From IMG/VR virus record IMGVR_UViG_3300046051_000062: a DNA stretch of 64,000 bases. One strand, written 5' to 3'. The notes under the pieces are model-generated. The model was not told the DNA's origin. It did no database searches and saw nothing but the letters and a program-made list of their open reading frames with translations. Positions within the stretch are counted from its first letter, which is position 1; the number at the start of each line of letters is the position of its first letter. This stretch comes from a virus. Position numbers and translations under genes: made by a program. Of the stretch, positions 1-8,372 are shown piece by piece.

Positions 1-580
1 CGAAGTAGAAGTTGTTGGAGCCGTCCTGCTCGGAGTCGATACGGACGATGCCCTGGTTCGGGTGTGGCGACAGCGCGGTCGTCGGCATGGGGAAGTCCAG
101 CGACGCCGTGGGGCTGTCGATGTAGGTGAAGTCCGAGAGGATGCCTCCCTGCTGGGGGAGGTCGTCGGGACCGAACCCGCGGTCGCGGTCGCCGCCTTCC
201 CGCAACCCGTTGATGGCGTCGCCGTCGCCAGCCTGGACACCGACGTACACGCCATCCTGGGGGACGGCGAAGCCGTACTCCTTGATGGTCCGGGCGCGCT
301 CGGTGTCCACCCGGAACACGTCGTTGCCGGCGTCTCCGACGTTGGTGGAGAACCCGTCTTCGCCGAAGTACCCGAACCCTTCGGTGTCCGTGTTGGCGAT
401 GTTAAACTGGTTTTCGATGCGCTCTATTCGGCGGACACTCCGAAGGACCTGAAACGCCAGGAGGTTGTACGTCCCATCGTTGGAGTTCCCGTACACGAGT
501 GCGAGGAACTCCCGCGGGGGGCTGACGACCTCGGTAACCGCCCGGTAGGTCGAGTCGTACTGGTGGCCACGTTCTGCCAT
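1..580 (-). CDS. Hypothetical beta-rich protein, runs off the left edge; possible structural protein
   Basis: Not in the ORF track. Manual translation from the ATG at 580 gives MAERGHQYDSTYRAVTEVVSPPREFLALVYGNSNDGTYNLLAFQV...QGIVRIDSEQDGSNNFYF, open to the edge with acidic halophile composition. Confidence 0.7.
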   Translation of the reverse strand, partial: MAERGHQYDSTYRAVTEVVSPPREFLALVYGNSNDGTYNLLAFQVLRSVRRIERIENQFNIANTDTEGFGYFGEDGFSTNVGDAGNDVFRVDTERARTIKEYGFAVPQDGVYVGVQAGDGDAINGLREGGDRDRGFGPDDLPQQGGILSDFTYIDSPTASLDFPMPTTALSPHPNQGIVRIDSEQDGSNNFYF

Positions 581-619
581 GTGACCGATTACAGGCCGGG
601 CCAACGTAAAAGGTGGGGG

Positions 620-1090
620 TTACGCGAAGGGGCGTTGCTTCGCGTAGAACTCCGAACGGTGGTTCGGCCACATTTCGATGGCGTCTTCGATAGCGACAAC
701 CATCTGCCGGTCCTTTTTGTATCTCTGACCCGCATCCTCGTCCCCGAAATTGATGGGAGAACCGCTTACAAATTGATCGTAACAGAAGTGAAACACGTCG
801 TCCGTGTCCGTCTCTACGATGTAGACCGCGCCCACGTCTGCATCGTAGAGCCGTCTAAACAGGTCGATGGACAACCCGTAGCCGTCGCCCTCGAACGGCA
901 GGTCGTACCACGGGTCCTCGCCATGGTAGCGGTGGTCGTCCGTGTCGCGCTCAGACACGTAGACGGTGCGTCCGTCGGCTACCCGCCGGCACAGACACCC
1001 AACCCGCCGGTGGCCGAGTTCCAGGCTCTTGCACCGCCGCACCCGCGGGCTGGTGTCAAGCCCGTAGTCCGTGAGGTCGGTCGAGGACAC
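620..1090 (-). CDS. Hypothetical protein
   Basis: Acidic 156-aa ORF, co-oriented with its neighbours. Confidence 0.65.
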   Translation of the reverse strand: MSSTDLTDYGLDTSPRVRRCKSLELGHRRVGCLCRRVADGRTVYVSERDTDDHRYHGEDPWYDLPFEGDGYGLSIDLFRRLYDADVGAVYIVETDTDDVFHFCYDQFVSGSPINFGDEDAGQRYKKDRQMVVAIEDAIEMWPNHRSEFYAKQRPFA

Positions 1091-1093
1091 GAA

Positions 1094-1384
1094 CTATTCA
1101 GGTTCGTAGCCGCCCTCGATGGACGTGACATCGCCGACGCCCTCGACGCCGCCGACGGCGGCCTTGAGCGCGTCCTCGGATGTACGGGTCCAATCGCCTT
1201 CGTAGCCTTCGATGGCGACCCCGACGGTGCCGTCGCCGTTGATGGTCGCCGCTTCGGGGGCGCCCTCGCTGATGGGGGAACTCTTGGAGATGTCGTCTTC
1301 GGTGAGCGCGTCGAGCGCGTCGCGGACGGCGGCTGTGCTGACTGACTCGTCGGCCCCGAACGTGATACGCAGTTCTGACGCCAT
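1094..1384 (-). CDS. Hypothetical protein
   Basis: Acidic ORF; start taken at MASELRITFG. Confidence 0.65.
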   Translation of the reverse strand: MASELRITFGADESVSTAAVRDALDALTEDDISKSSPISEGAPEAATINGDGTVGVAIEGYEGDWTRTSEDALKAAVGGVEGVGDVTSIEGGYEPE

Positions 1385-1432
1385 GGGTGAAGCCAACGGC
1401 GCTACCGTCAAAAAACTACGGTTCCCACCGGG

Positions 1433-1813
1433 CTAATCGGCGTCCGGACTGGAGTGCCAGGGGCACGGGTCCGGGAGCGGGCAATGGTCCGACCGGAGGT
1501 GCGGGTTGCTTATGTCCCGGTCGTGGGCGTTGTGTTCGCCCACGAGCAGTTGGTGGATGTGCTGCTGGTTCTGCTCGGAACGAACCGCGTTCTCCTGGAC
1601 GCCCGTTCGGAGGCTCCCCAACCCGCCCTTTATTTCTTTGATGTCCTCCCGGATGGCCTTCTGGTCTTCGACTATGCCGTCGCGTTCCGCTTCGGCCATT
1701 CCGCCATTGCGGCGGATGTCGAGGATGAGGTAGTAGAGCGGACCGACCAGCGTTACGACTACACCCGCAACGCCAACGATAACCGTCAGTATCGTACCGC
1801 CTGTTAGCGACAT
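1433..1813 (-). CDS. Membrane-anchored coiled-coil protein
   Basis: N-terminal TM helix (ILTVIVGVAGVVVTLVGPLYYLIL) followed by a heptad-like segment. Confidence 0.7.
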   Translation of the reverse strand: MSLTGGTILTVIVGVAGVVVTLVGPLYYLILDIRRNGGMAEAERDGIVEDQKAIREDIKEIKGGLGSLRTGVQENAVRSEQNQQHIHQLLVGEHNAHDRDISNPHLRSDHCPLPDPCPWHSSPDAD

Positions 1814-1869
1814 ATCTGGCTGGGGGGGGGGGTGGGGCGGCCCCGGCAGGTCCGGGGGAAGGGGTGGTT

Positions 1870-2250
1870 CTACCAGGTCGGGGTGTACGAGACGACGACG
1901 GCGAATTCGGCGGTCGCGCCGCCAGTCCCGGAGGCGGAGGACACGTCGACTTCGATGTCGGACGCTGCCTCGCCACCGACGCGGTGGTTCTGGTCGGGGT
2001 GGTACGTCTCCTCGGAGGTCCCCGAGGGGGACTGCTCGGAGGAGAACACGTCGGTGTCGTCCACCTCGACGTTGAAGTCGGTGTCCGCCGCCGTGGCGGT
2101 GACGCGGACTTCTTCGACCGTGAGGTCGGTGCCCGCGACGGTGCCGAGGCGGGTGGCACCAGTAGCGTCGATGGCGACGGCGCCAGCACCGACCGTTTCG
2201 GTCGTCCGGCCGGATTCGCCGGGCGTGCGGTCGCCAGGTTGTGCGCTCAT
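1870..2250 (-). CDS. Small beta-rich protein, possible minor structural protein
   Basis: Alternating T/V/A beta-strand pattern, acidic. Confidence 0.6.
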   Translation of the reverse strand: MSAQPGDRTPGESGRTTETVGAGAVAIDATGATRLGTVAGTDLTVEEVRVTATAADTDFNVEVDDTDVFSSEQSPSGTSEETYHPDQNHRVGGEAASDIEVDVSSASGTGGATAEFAVVVSYTPTW

Positions 2251-2264
2251 GTCATGTCACCCAT

Positions 2265-3077
2265 TCAGGTGAGGCTCGGGGCCTTGGTGCCCGGCCCCAT
2301 GTAGTACGCGACGGGGATGATTTCGGCATCGCCGTCGGCGATGACCTTGGCGTCGATGTCCACGGTCTGCTTGACCCAGGCGCCCTGGCCGGTGAAGATG
2401 TGGTTGCCGGACAGGCGGGTCGAGAACAGGCCGTTGTCGGGGCCGTAGTCCTCGCCGTCGATGTCGGCGTACTGAACAGCCGTGAAGATGCTCTGGCCCG
2501 AGGACAGGTCGATGAAGTCCCCGGTGAAGTAGAGCATCTCGTTGTCGTCCAGGTCCAGGGACGTGCTGGCTGACTGGCCGCCGTCCGGGAGGCCGTCCGT
2601 GTCCACCAGTTCGAGGGTGCCGACCGCCTGGCCGGCGACCTCGAAGTTGTCCTGGGTCGTCCCGGAAATCTCCTCGTAGACTTCCGGGGTGGCGAAGGTG
2701 AACACGATGTCGTCCGGGTTCGCGCGCCGGGCGTCCTTGATGGTGCCCGACGGCGTGTCCTGGTTTGCCTTGTACCGTGCGGCGAACGACCGGATGTGGT
2801 CGTTCATCACTTCCATGCCGGTGCCGGGGAACTCCATCGTGCGCTCGGGCGTCTGGAACGCCGTCAGAACACGCTGGATTTCCGCCTTGATGATGTGGTC
2901 TTCCGTCAGTTCGTGGGACCCGTAGTCCTCTATCACGTCGTTGAGGGTGGACAGGTCCGCGTTCTCCAGTTGACGGAGCCGGTCGCTGTCGTACAGGGTG
3001 GTCTTGAACCCATCAGGGAGATTCCCGCGCAGGCGGGACTCCGTGAGGAGTTCAGTACCTTCGTCGGATTGCGCCAT
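2265..3077 (-). CDS. Hypothetical protein, candidate capsid (jelly-roll-like) protein
   Basis: The 270-aa ORF is solid. The C-terminal half is rich in beta-strand patterns (DIVFTFATP, MLYFTGDFIDL, VKQTVDIDAKV, IIPVAYY). The capsid function is inference only. Confidence 0.45.
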   Translation of the reverse strand: MAQSDEGTELLTESRLRGNLPDGFKTTLYDSDRLRQLENADLSTLNDVIEDYGSHELTEDHIIKAEIQRVLTAFQTPERTMEFPGTGMEVMNDHIRSFAARYKANQDTPSGTIKDARRANPDDIVFTFATPEVYEEISGTTQDNFEVAGQAVGTLELVDTDGLPDGGQSASTSLDLDDNEMLYFTGDFIDLSSGQSIFTAVQYADIDGEDYGPDNGLFSTRLSGNHIFTGQGAWVKQTVDIDAKVIADGDAEIIPVAYYMGPGTKAPSLT

Positions 3078-3134
3078 ACACGACACACTAACCCCGGCAC
3101 TACACTTATACCTTTGTCGCACAAGGGCTACACC

Positions 3135-3314
3135 ATGGGTAACCCAGTCCGAATCCGCATCAGAGGGACAGAAAAGGTTCGCAGCCTATGGAAGAAGGCC
3201 GAAGGCGAGTTCGACCTCACCTACGCGGAACTCGCCATCAACCTCTGCCAGTTCGCCCTCGACAACAAAGCCGAATTCCGCCGGCACCTTCAATCAGAGA
3301 AACGCACCGGGTGA
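3135..3314 (+). CDS. Small basic ribbon-helix-helix-like DNA-binding protein
   Basis: MGNPVRIRIRGTEKVRSLWKKAEGEFDLTYAELAINLCQFAL has a strand-helix-helix pattern; divergent from the structural genes. Confidence 0.5.
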   Translation: MGNPVRIRIRGTEKVRSLWKKAEGEFDLTYAELAINLCQFALDNKAEFRRHLQSEKRTG

Positions 3315-3396
3315 CCAGTCGACGGCTGCCTACTACTCGAAGTGATCACTGGCGAGGAGGGAGTACCGAGAGAAAGCAGACCGGGGTGGCGCGGGT

Positions 3397-3852
3397 TTAC
3401 GTCCGCTTCTCGGTGGCGCGGCGGCCGTTGCCGCCGTTGCCTCCGTTGCCGCCGGAGGTGCCGCCGCCGGTGGCGTTGCCGCCGCCCTGGGCGTTCGGGC
3501 CGGGGAAGCCCTGGGGCGTCGGCGGGAGGCCCTGGGCGCCCTGCCCGCCCATGAACGGGAGGTTCTGGAGCGGGTTCTGTCCCTGGGCGCCCATGCCGGG
3601 GAGCGCCTGGAGCGGGTTCTGCCCTTGGGCGCCCGGGAGGCCGGGGGCCTGCCCTCGCGCCAGGACGTTGAACGGAGATGCCTGGGCGACGGTGTTGAGG
3701 ATGTTGCGCGACTGCGTGAACGCCTGGCTCTGTGCGGGAGCCTGCGGCGCCCCCACGTCGCTCTGGAGCGACTGGAGGCTGCGTTGGGTGGCGTTCAGCG
3801 CAGCGGTAGCCGATGCGGCCACGGGGTCGAACTGACGGTTTCCTTGAGCCAT
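3397..3852 (-). CDS. Gly/Gln/Pro/Asn-rich low-complexity protein
   Basis: Two GAQGQNPLQ repeats; only 3 acidic residues in 151 aa. Confidence 0.65.
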   Translation of the reverse strand: MAQGNRQFDPVAASATAALNATQRSLQSLQSDVGAPQAPAQSQAFTQSRNILNTVAQASPFNVLARGQAPGLPGAQGQNPLQALPGMGAQGQNPLQNLPFMGGQGAQGLPPTPQGFPGPNAQGGGNATGGGTSGGNGGNGGNGRRATEKRT

Positions 3853-3870
3853 GCTTGGACGCCTCCGTTG

Positions 3871-4116
3871 TTACCGCTCCACCGGCTGACTGATGCCGAA
3901 GTCGTCGTCGGCCTCCGCCATCAGGTCATCCACCAGGTCGTCGGGCGTGGGGATGCCGAGGGCGTCGAACACGTAGTCCGGTGAGAGGCGGTACAGGATG
4001 CTGCCAGGCTCGGGGAGGCCGAACGCATCGAACACCGCGTCGACAGAGTCGATGACGGACTCCACGACGTTGATGCTGACCTCGCCAGACTTTGACTTTT
4101 CACTGCGGTCGGGCAT
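3871..4116 (-). CDS. Small amphipathic hypothetical protein
   Basis: Acidic ORF with repeated amphipathic VFDAFG/VFDALG segments. Confidence 0.6.
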   Translation of the reverse strand: MPDRSEKSKSGEVSINVVESVIDSVDAVFDAFGLPEPGSILYRLSPDYVFDALGIPTPDDLVDDLMAEADDDFGISQPVER

Positions 4117-4191
4117 GTCTACCCAAACGTATGTCGACCGTAATGAAAAAGGTTGGGGAGAAAACGGCCGTCCAACGCGTACCGGGTCGGG

Positions 4192-4365
4192 CTACTCGGG
4201 TGTGACCTCGAAGGAGTAGTGTTTCATCCCCGCGACCGTGTGGCCCGTTCGTTGGGCGTGCTGTGCGGCGTTGCCCTCGGCGTTCTTTCCCCCCGTCGAC
4301 CAATCGCACCCCTCCTGATCGCAATGCGCCACGGCGTCGACCATCCAGTTTTGGCTGTTCGCCAT
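4192..4365 (-). CDS. Small Cys/His zinc-binding protein
   Basis: HCDQEGCDW...HAQRTGH; start overlaps the upstream stop. Confidence 0.55.
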   Translation of the reverse strand: MANSQNWMVDAVAHCDQEGCDWSTGGKNAEGNAAQHAQRTGHTVAGMKHYSFEVTPE

Positions 4366-5006
4366 CAGTTGTCCACCCCCGTGTCGAAGAACCAGAGGTC
4401 GTTTGCCCACGCTGGCTTCTCGACAGCACCCTTGAGTGCTGTGGGGAACGCGAGGTATATCATCAACTGGTTTCGGTCGGTGTTGCCCTCCCGGAGCAGG
4501 TTGTACGCGGCCAGCCGGAGGTCGTTCGTCAAAAGATTAGACTTCGACGTTTCGCATTCCACGATGATCGTCTTGTCCTCGGCCATCCCTGTTTCGCCGG
4601 ACTCCATCTCCACGAAGATGTCCGGGTGCAGTTCCTTCTCGGAGTGTCCCGGCCCGTGGAACGAGTGCGTCGAGATGGACGAGGTGAACGCCAACGACTC
4701 GTTCTCGACGGTGATGCGGGCGTTCTTATCATAGTAGCGGTTCACCACCCGGTGGAGCGCCATCTGAATGAGTCGGTAGTGTTCGTTTCCACCGAACCGG
4801 CCGTGTACGTCGTCCGGGTCGAGATGCCGGTACGGGACACCGGCCCTCGCCTGGTACTTGTCCGCCCGGAGTTCGTCCGCGACCGACTCCAGTTTCGACG
4901 CCAGCCTGTCCTGTGGGTCGTGGAACCCGTCGAGGTCTTTCTCCGCGAGATAGTGGTCGATAACCCCCCGGATGTCGCCTTGGAAGAAGTCTGCTGCACT
5001 AACCAT
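4365..5006 (-). CDS. PD-(D/E)xK-like nuclease domain protein
   Basis: C-terminal HPDIFVE...IIVECETS motif. Confidence 0.5.
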   Translation of the reverse strand: MVSAADFFQGDIRGVIDHYLAEKDLDGFHDPQDRLASKLESVADELRADKYQARAGVPYRHLDPDDVHGRFGGNEHYRLIQMALHRVVNRYYDKNARITVENESLAFTSSISTHSFHGPGHSEKELHPDIFVEMESGETGMAEDKTIIVECETSKSNLLTNDLRLAAYNLLREGNTDRNQLMIYLAFPTALKGAVEKPAWANDLWFFDTGVDN

Positions 5007-5007
5007 G

Positions 5008-5211
5008 CTACGCGCCCCCTTCGGGGTCGTTCTTCCACTCGCAGCCCGACACCGTTATGTCTCCCGGATTGAGGTCGTGGATAAAGTAGAGGTTGCCAGC
5101 CTGGGTCATGTCCACGTCCTCGTACTCCTCGCCGCACACGGGGCAGTCGTCGTGGTCGTCTTCCGCGCTGCCGATGCGCTGGAGTTGCTCCGCGGTGGGT
5201 CCGCTGCTCAT
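5008..5211 (-). CDS. Small zinc-ribbon protein
   Basis: CPVCGEEY...GCEW; coupled to its neighbours. Confidence 0.55.
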   Translation of the reverse strand: MSSGPTAEQLQRIGSAEDDHDDCPVCGEEYEDVDMTQAGNLYFIHDLNPGDITVSGCEWKNDPEGGA

Positions 5212-5423
5212 TTGTCGTCCCCCTCGGCGTTGCGGAGGCCGACGATGCTTCGAGCACGCCCATCTGATGAAGCGACGTTGGTGGAGTATTCGATGGGTTT
5301 GCTTCTGTCGAGGAGGTTGTTTCTTTCCAGTCTCTTGAGTAACGTTTCGCTGATTCGGATGCGGATTCCCCGCCCTTGCACCTTCTGTGCCTTCTTCCAC
5401 TCTTTTTCTTCTGGTGGCATCAT
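5208..5423 (-). CDS. Small basic protein, AbrB-like
   Basis: KVQGRGIRIRISETLLKRL resembles the swapped-hairpin pattern. Confidence 0.4.
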   Translation of the reverse strand: MMPPEEKEWKKAQKVQGRGIRIRISETLLKRLERNNLLDRSKPIEYSTNVASSDGRARSIVGLRNAEGDDK

Positions 5424-5604
5424 TAACCCCTACACGGGCATGTTACGTACATCTTTTGGTGTCTCGTCCGCTGTGTCAATCCTGGGGGGAGCGAGTGGCC
5501 TGCACGGGGCGTGCCACTCGCCCCCCTTCTGCGCGCCGCTGGCGGCGCTCTCTGGATGGCAGGTTCAAATCCGGGGGTGGGGGTGACTGAACCGGCGTCT
5601 GACG

Positions 5605-7512
5605 CTACCGAAGAACGGCAGCGCCGATCTCTTGGGCGTCCACAGCGAGGGCGTCGCCGTCCTCGGGTAGTAGCGAGAGGACGAGGTTGTCGGCGTGCTC
5701 TGAGAAGTACTCTACCAGCGCCGAGATGCGCTTGGCGTCGATAGCTTCCAGCGAGTCCAATAGCATGAACGGCACCTCCTCGTGGACCTCGTGGACGAGG
5801 TAGCCCGCCAAGGCCACGACCAGGCCGATGACCTCCCGCTCGGACTCCGAGAGGGTGTCGATGGTGTCCTCGTAGACGACGCCGTCCTCGTCTTCCCGCA
5901 CGATGTGGAGGTCGAAGGACGCCTCGTCGGGGCCAGCCTCATCGGGGGCTTTCCGTTCCATCCACACGCGGGCGAGGTTCTCGTAGCCCAGGATGTCGAG
6001 CAGGCGTTCCATGTGGTCGTTGAACTGGTCGATGAGGCCCTGGTCGATGTCCTCGACTTTGGTGCGGAGCGCACTCATCTCCTCGATTATCTCCTCGCGG
6101 TCGGCGTCGAGGTCGTCGACCAGTTCGTCCGCGGCCCTCGCCGATTCGATGGCCTCCTCGATGTCGGCCAGTTCGGATTCCAGGCGTCCACGGCGGTAGT
6201 CGAGTTCGCTCCGCCGGGAGTACAGTTCCGAGAGGGTGCCGCTTTCGTCGTCGTCCATCTCGGGGATCTCCGCTTCGACCGCCTCGATGTCGGCCTGGAG
6301 TGTGTTCCGGCGCTCTTTGAACGATTCGACCTCGCGTTCGTGGTGGTCGCGGCGCTCGCGCAGGTTCGAGAGGCGGCGCTCGTGCTGGCGGTAGTCCTGG
6401 CGCTGGCCCTTGAGGTCGTCTATGTCGTCGTCCAGTTCCTCGATGCGGCCCCGGAGGGTCTGGCGCTGTTCGCGGCGGTCCTCGATGACTCCCGCCAGCG
6501 TCTCGACGTGTTCGGTTACGTCCTCGCGGGTGACCGTCGAGCCACAGAGCGGGCAGTCCATCTCGATGGACTGCGGGTCGAGTTCGGAGACGACCGACTC
6601 GTCCGCATCCCGAACGAACACGTCGAGGTCTTCGCTGGAGGCGCGTTGGGCAGCCTCAACGACGGATTCCAGCACCGAGATTTCGGTGTCCAGTGCGGAC
6701 ATCTCGTCGCGTACCTGTCGGCGCTGGTCTTCCAACCCGTCGACCTCCTCCTCCGGGGGGATGTCGAACTCCTCGTCCTCCAGGGCGTCGATGTCCTCCT
6801 GCACGCTGTCGTGTTCGGTGCGGTGGTGGTCTAACTTCTCATCCACGTCTGCGAGGTCGTCCCGGAGGTCATCGAGGCGGTCACGGAGTGCTTCGGCTTC
6901 ATCCAGTTCCGCCTCGGTGGCCTCGACATCCTCGATGTCCGCTTCCACGGCTTCGAGGTCGGCCTCGACCTCATCCAGTTCCGCTTCGACCTCAGAGTGT
7001 TTGCTCTGGTGGGCGGATAGGTTCGATGCCTCCGTCTTGGCGCGGTTGATCTGTGTGTCCAGGCGGTTGCGCTCGCCTAAGAGTTCACGTAGGCGGGAGT
7101 CGATGTCGTCCGTGTCGATTGGCCCCATCAGTGCGTCGCGGATGTCTCCGTCGGTTTGGACGACGCGGCGGATGGGGTTCTGTTCGAGTAGCGTGACGTA
7201 ATCGTCTACCAGGACCGACTCGTCGGTGTAGGGGGTGCCCGAGGTGGACACTCGTCCGTTCTCTCGTTCGAACCAGCGGGTGTGTTTGTTCCCGTCTATT
7301 TCGAGGACGACGCCGCCGTCGTCGGCGTCCGTTTTGAGGTTCGCCATTGACCCGCCGAGGGCGGCGTTGAGCGCGGTGAAAAGCGAGGTGCGGTTGGTGG
7401 CGTTTTCGCCGACGAACACCGTCACTCCCTGGTCGAACGGGACCGTTGTCTCCTCGATGCCGCCGACGTTCCGCACTGTCACTTCGATTTCGCGGGATGT
7501 CTCGACGGGCAT
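5605..7512 (-). CDS. sph: Archaea-specific SMC-related (Sph-family) ATPase
   Basis: N-terminal VRNVGGI...VGENATNRTSL (variant Walker A), long coiled coil with central CPLCG zinc hook, C-terminal LSESERE signature and MLLDSLEAID (Walker B/D-loop). Confidence 0.9.
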   Translation of the reverse strand: MPVETSREIEVTVRNVGGIEETTVPFDQGVTVFVGENATNRTSLFTALNAALGGSMANLKTDADDGGVVLEIDGNKHTRWFERENGRVSTSGTPYTDESVLVDDYVTLLEQNPIRRVVQTDGDIRDALMGPIDTDDIDSRLRELLGERNRLDTQINRAKTEASNLSAHQSKHSEVEAELDEVEADLEAVEADIEDVEATEAELDEAEALRDRLDDLRDDLADVDEKLDHHRTEHDSVQEDIDALEDEEFDIPPEEEVDGLEDQRRQVRDEMSALDTEISVLESVVEAAQRASSEDLDVFVRDADESVVSELDPQSIEMDCPLCGSTVTREDVTEHVETLAGVIEDRREQRQTLRGRIEELDDDIDDLKGQRQDYRQHERRLSNLRERRDHHEREVESFKERRNTLQADIEAVEAEIPEMDDDESGTLSELYSRRSELDYRRGRLESELADIEEAIESARAADELVDDLDADREEIIEEMSALRTKVEDIDQGLIDQFNDHMERLLDILGYENLARVWMERKAPDEAGPDEASFDLHIVREDEDGVVYEDTIDTLSESEREVIGLVVALAGYLVHEVHEEVPFMLLDSLEAIDAKRISALVEYFSEHADNLVLSLLPEDGDALAVDAQEIGAAVLR

Positions 7513-7513
7513 C

Positions 7514-8164
7514 CTACTTGACCCCCATTACGGCGTCTGTGTCGTCGTCCTGCACCGTACAGTCACAGCCGCCTGTGCGGATGAGTTCTTGTGGTGGCGT
7601 GGTTCGGGCGCACTCGTGGCAGCGGACGCGGGCGGTGACGGTGATCGTGTAGTCGTCGGGCAGGCGGATGTTGCCCGCTTCGAGGAGCCGGTGGATGCCT
7701 CTGTCGATGACGTTTTCTACGATGTCGAGTCGGTCGGTGATGTGGTCGAGCACGTCGGGGGGGTCCGTTGCGCCCGTGTAGGAGGTGTCCACGTCGAGGA
7801 ATTCGTTGAGGTGTTGTTTGACGGTCATGTGGGAGATGAACTGCTCGGTTAGCGTGTCCACGTTCACGCCGAGGAACGAGAGCTTGTCCCGGACCGTGGC
7901 GGTGGTGGTCGCGTCGGCCTCCTCGCTGACTAACGCCTCGTAGACAGTTTCCGGGGGGCCGAGTCCTCTGCCGCCGATGTCGTTCATGACCGTGGATAGG
8001 ATGTGGACGTTTACCTTTCGGGCGACTGCTCGGAGCGACTCGTCTTCTTCGACGTACCACCGGCGGATGTGGCTGTTGAGGTCGTCCAGGTCGCGTTCGC
8101 GGGCGACCTTGCCTATCTTGCAGTTACACGTCGGTCGGTTCTCCTGGCGTTTCGTTAATGACAT
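7514..8164 (-). CDS. rdfA: Rod-determining factor RdfA family protein
   Basis: N-terminal CNCKIGKVA, middle FISHMTVKQHL, C-terminal CHEC...GGCDC; directly upstream of the Sph gene, the known haloarchaeal pairing. Confidence 0.8.
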   Translation of the reverse strand: MSLTKRQENRPTCNCKIGKVARERDLDDLNSHIRRWYVEEDESLRAVARKVNVHILSTVMNDIGGRGLGPPETVYEALVSEEADATTTATVRDKLSFLGVNVDTLTEQFISHMTVKQHLNEFLDVDTSYTGATDPPDVLDHITDRLDIVENVIDRGIHRLLEAGNIRLPDDYTITVTARVRCHECARTTPPQELIRTGGCDCTVQDDDTDAVMGVK

Positions 8165-8372
8165 GCGCACATGGTGTTTGGGGACGCATCCACCTTAGTT
8201 ATACAGTCGGTAACAGCAGGTGCCGTTACGTACACCAGCAAGTAAGGTCTTCTTACTTTGATCCTACCGTATTGCTGTCCCTCAGTTTCCACTTCCAGCC
8301 CACACTTGAGCGTGATACTTCCCACTGGAGCCGTCGCTCACCGCCAGGGCGAACGACCCCCCCCCGAGCCGG

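Noticed and set aside
62-1345. 427-aa plus-strand ORF, and similar long ORFs such as 8421-9788, 28169-29875 and 41866-43179
   Set aside because: These are antisense shadows of real minus-strand genes, V/G/R-rich and non-acidic, as is typical for high-GC DNA.
1822-1832. G11 homopolymer as a phase-variation tract
   Set aside because: It is intergenic, reads as a C-rich linker on the coding strand like other spacers, and changes no reading frame.
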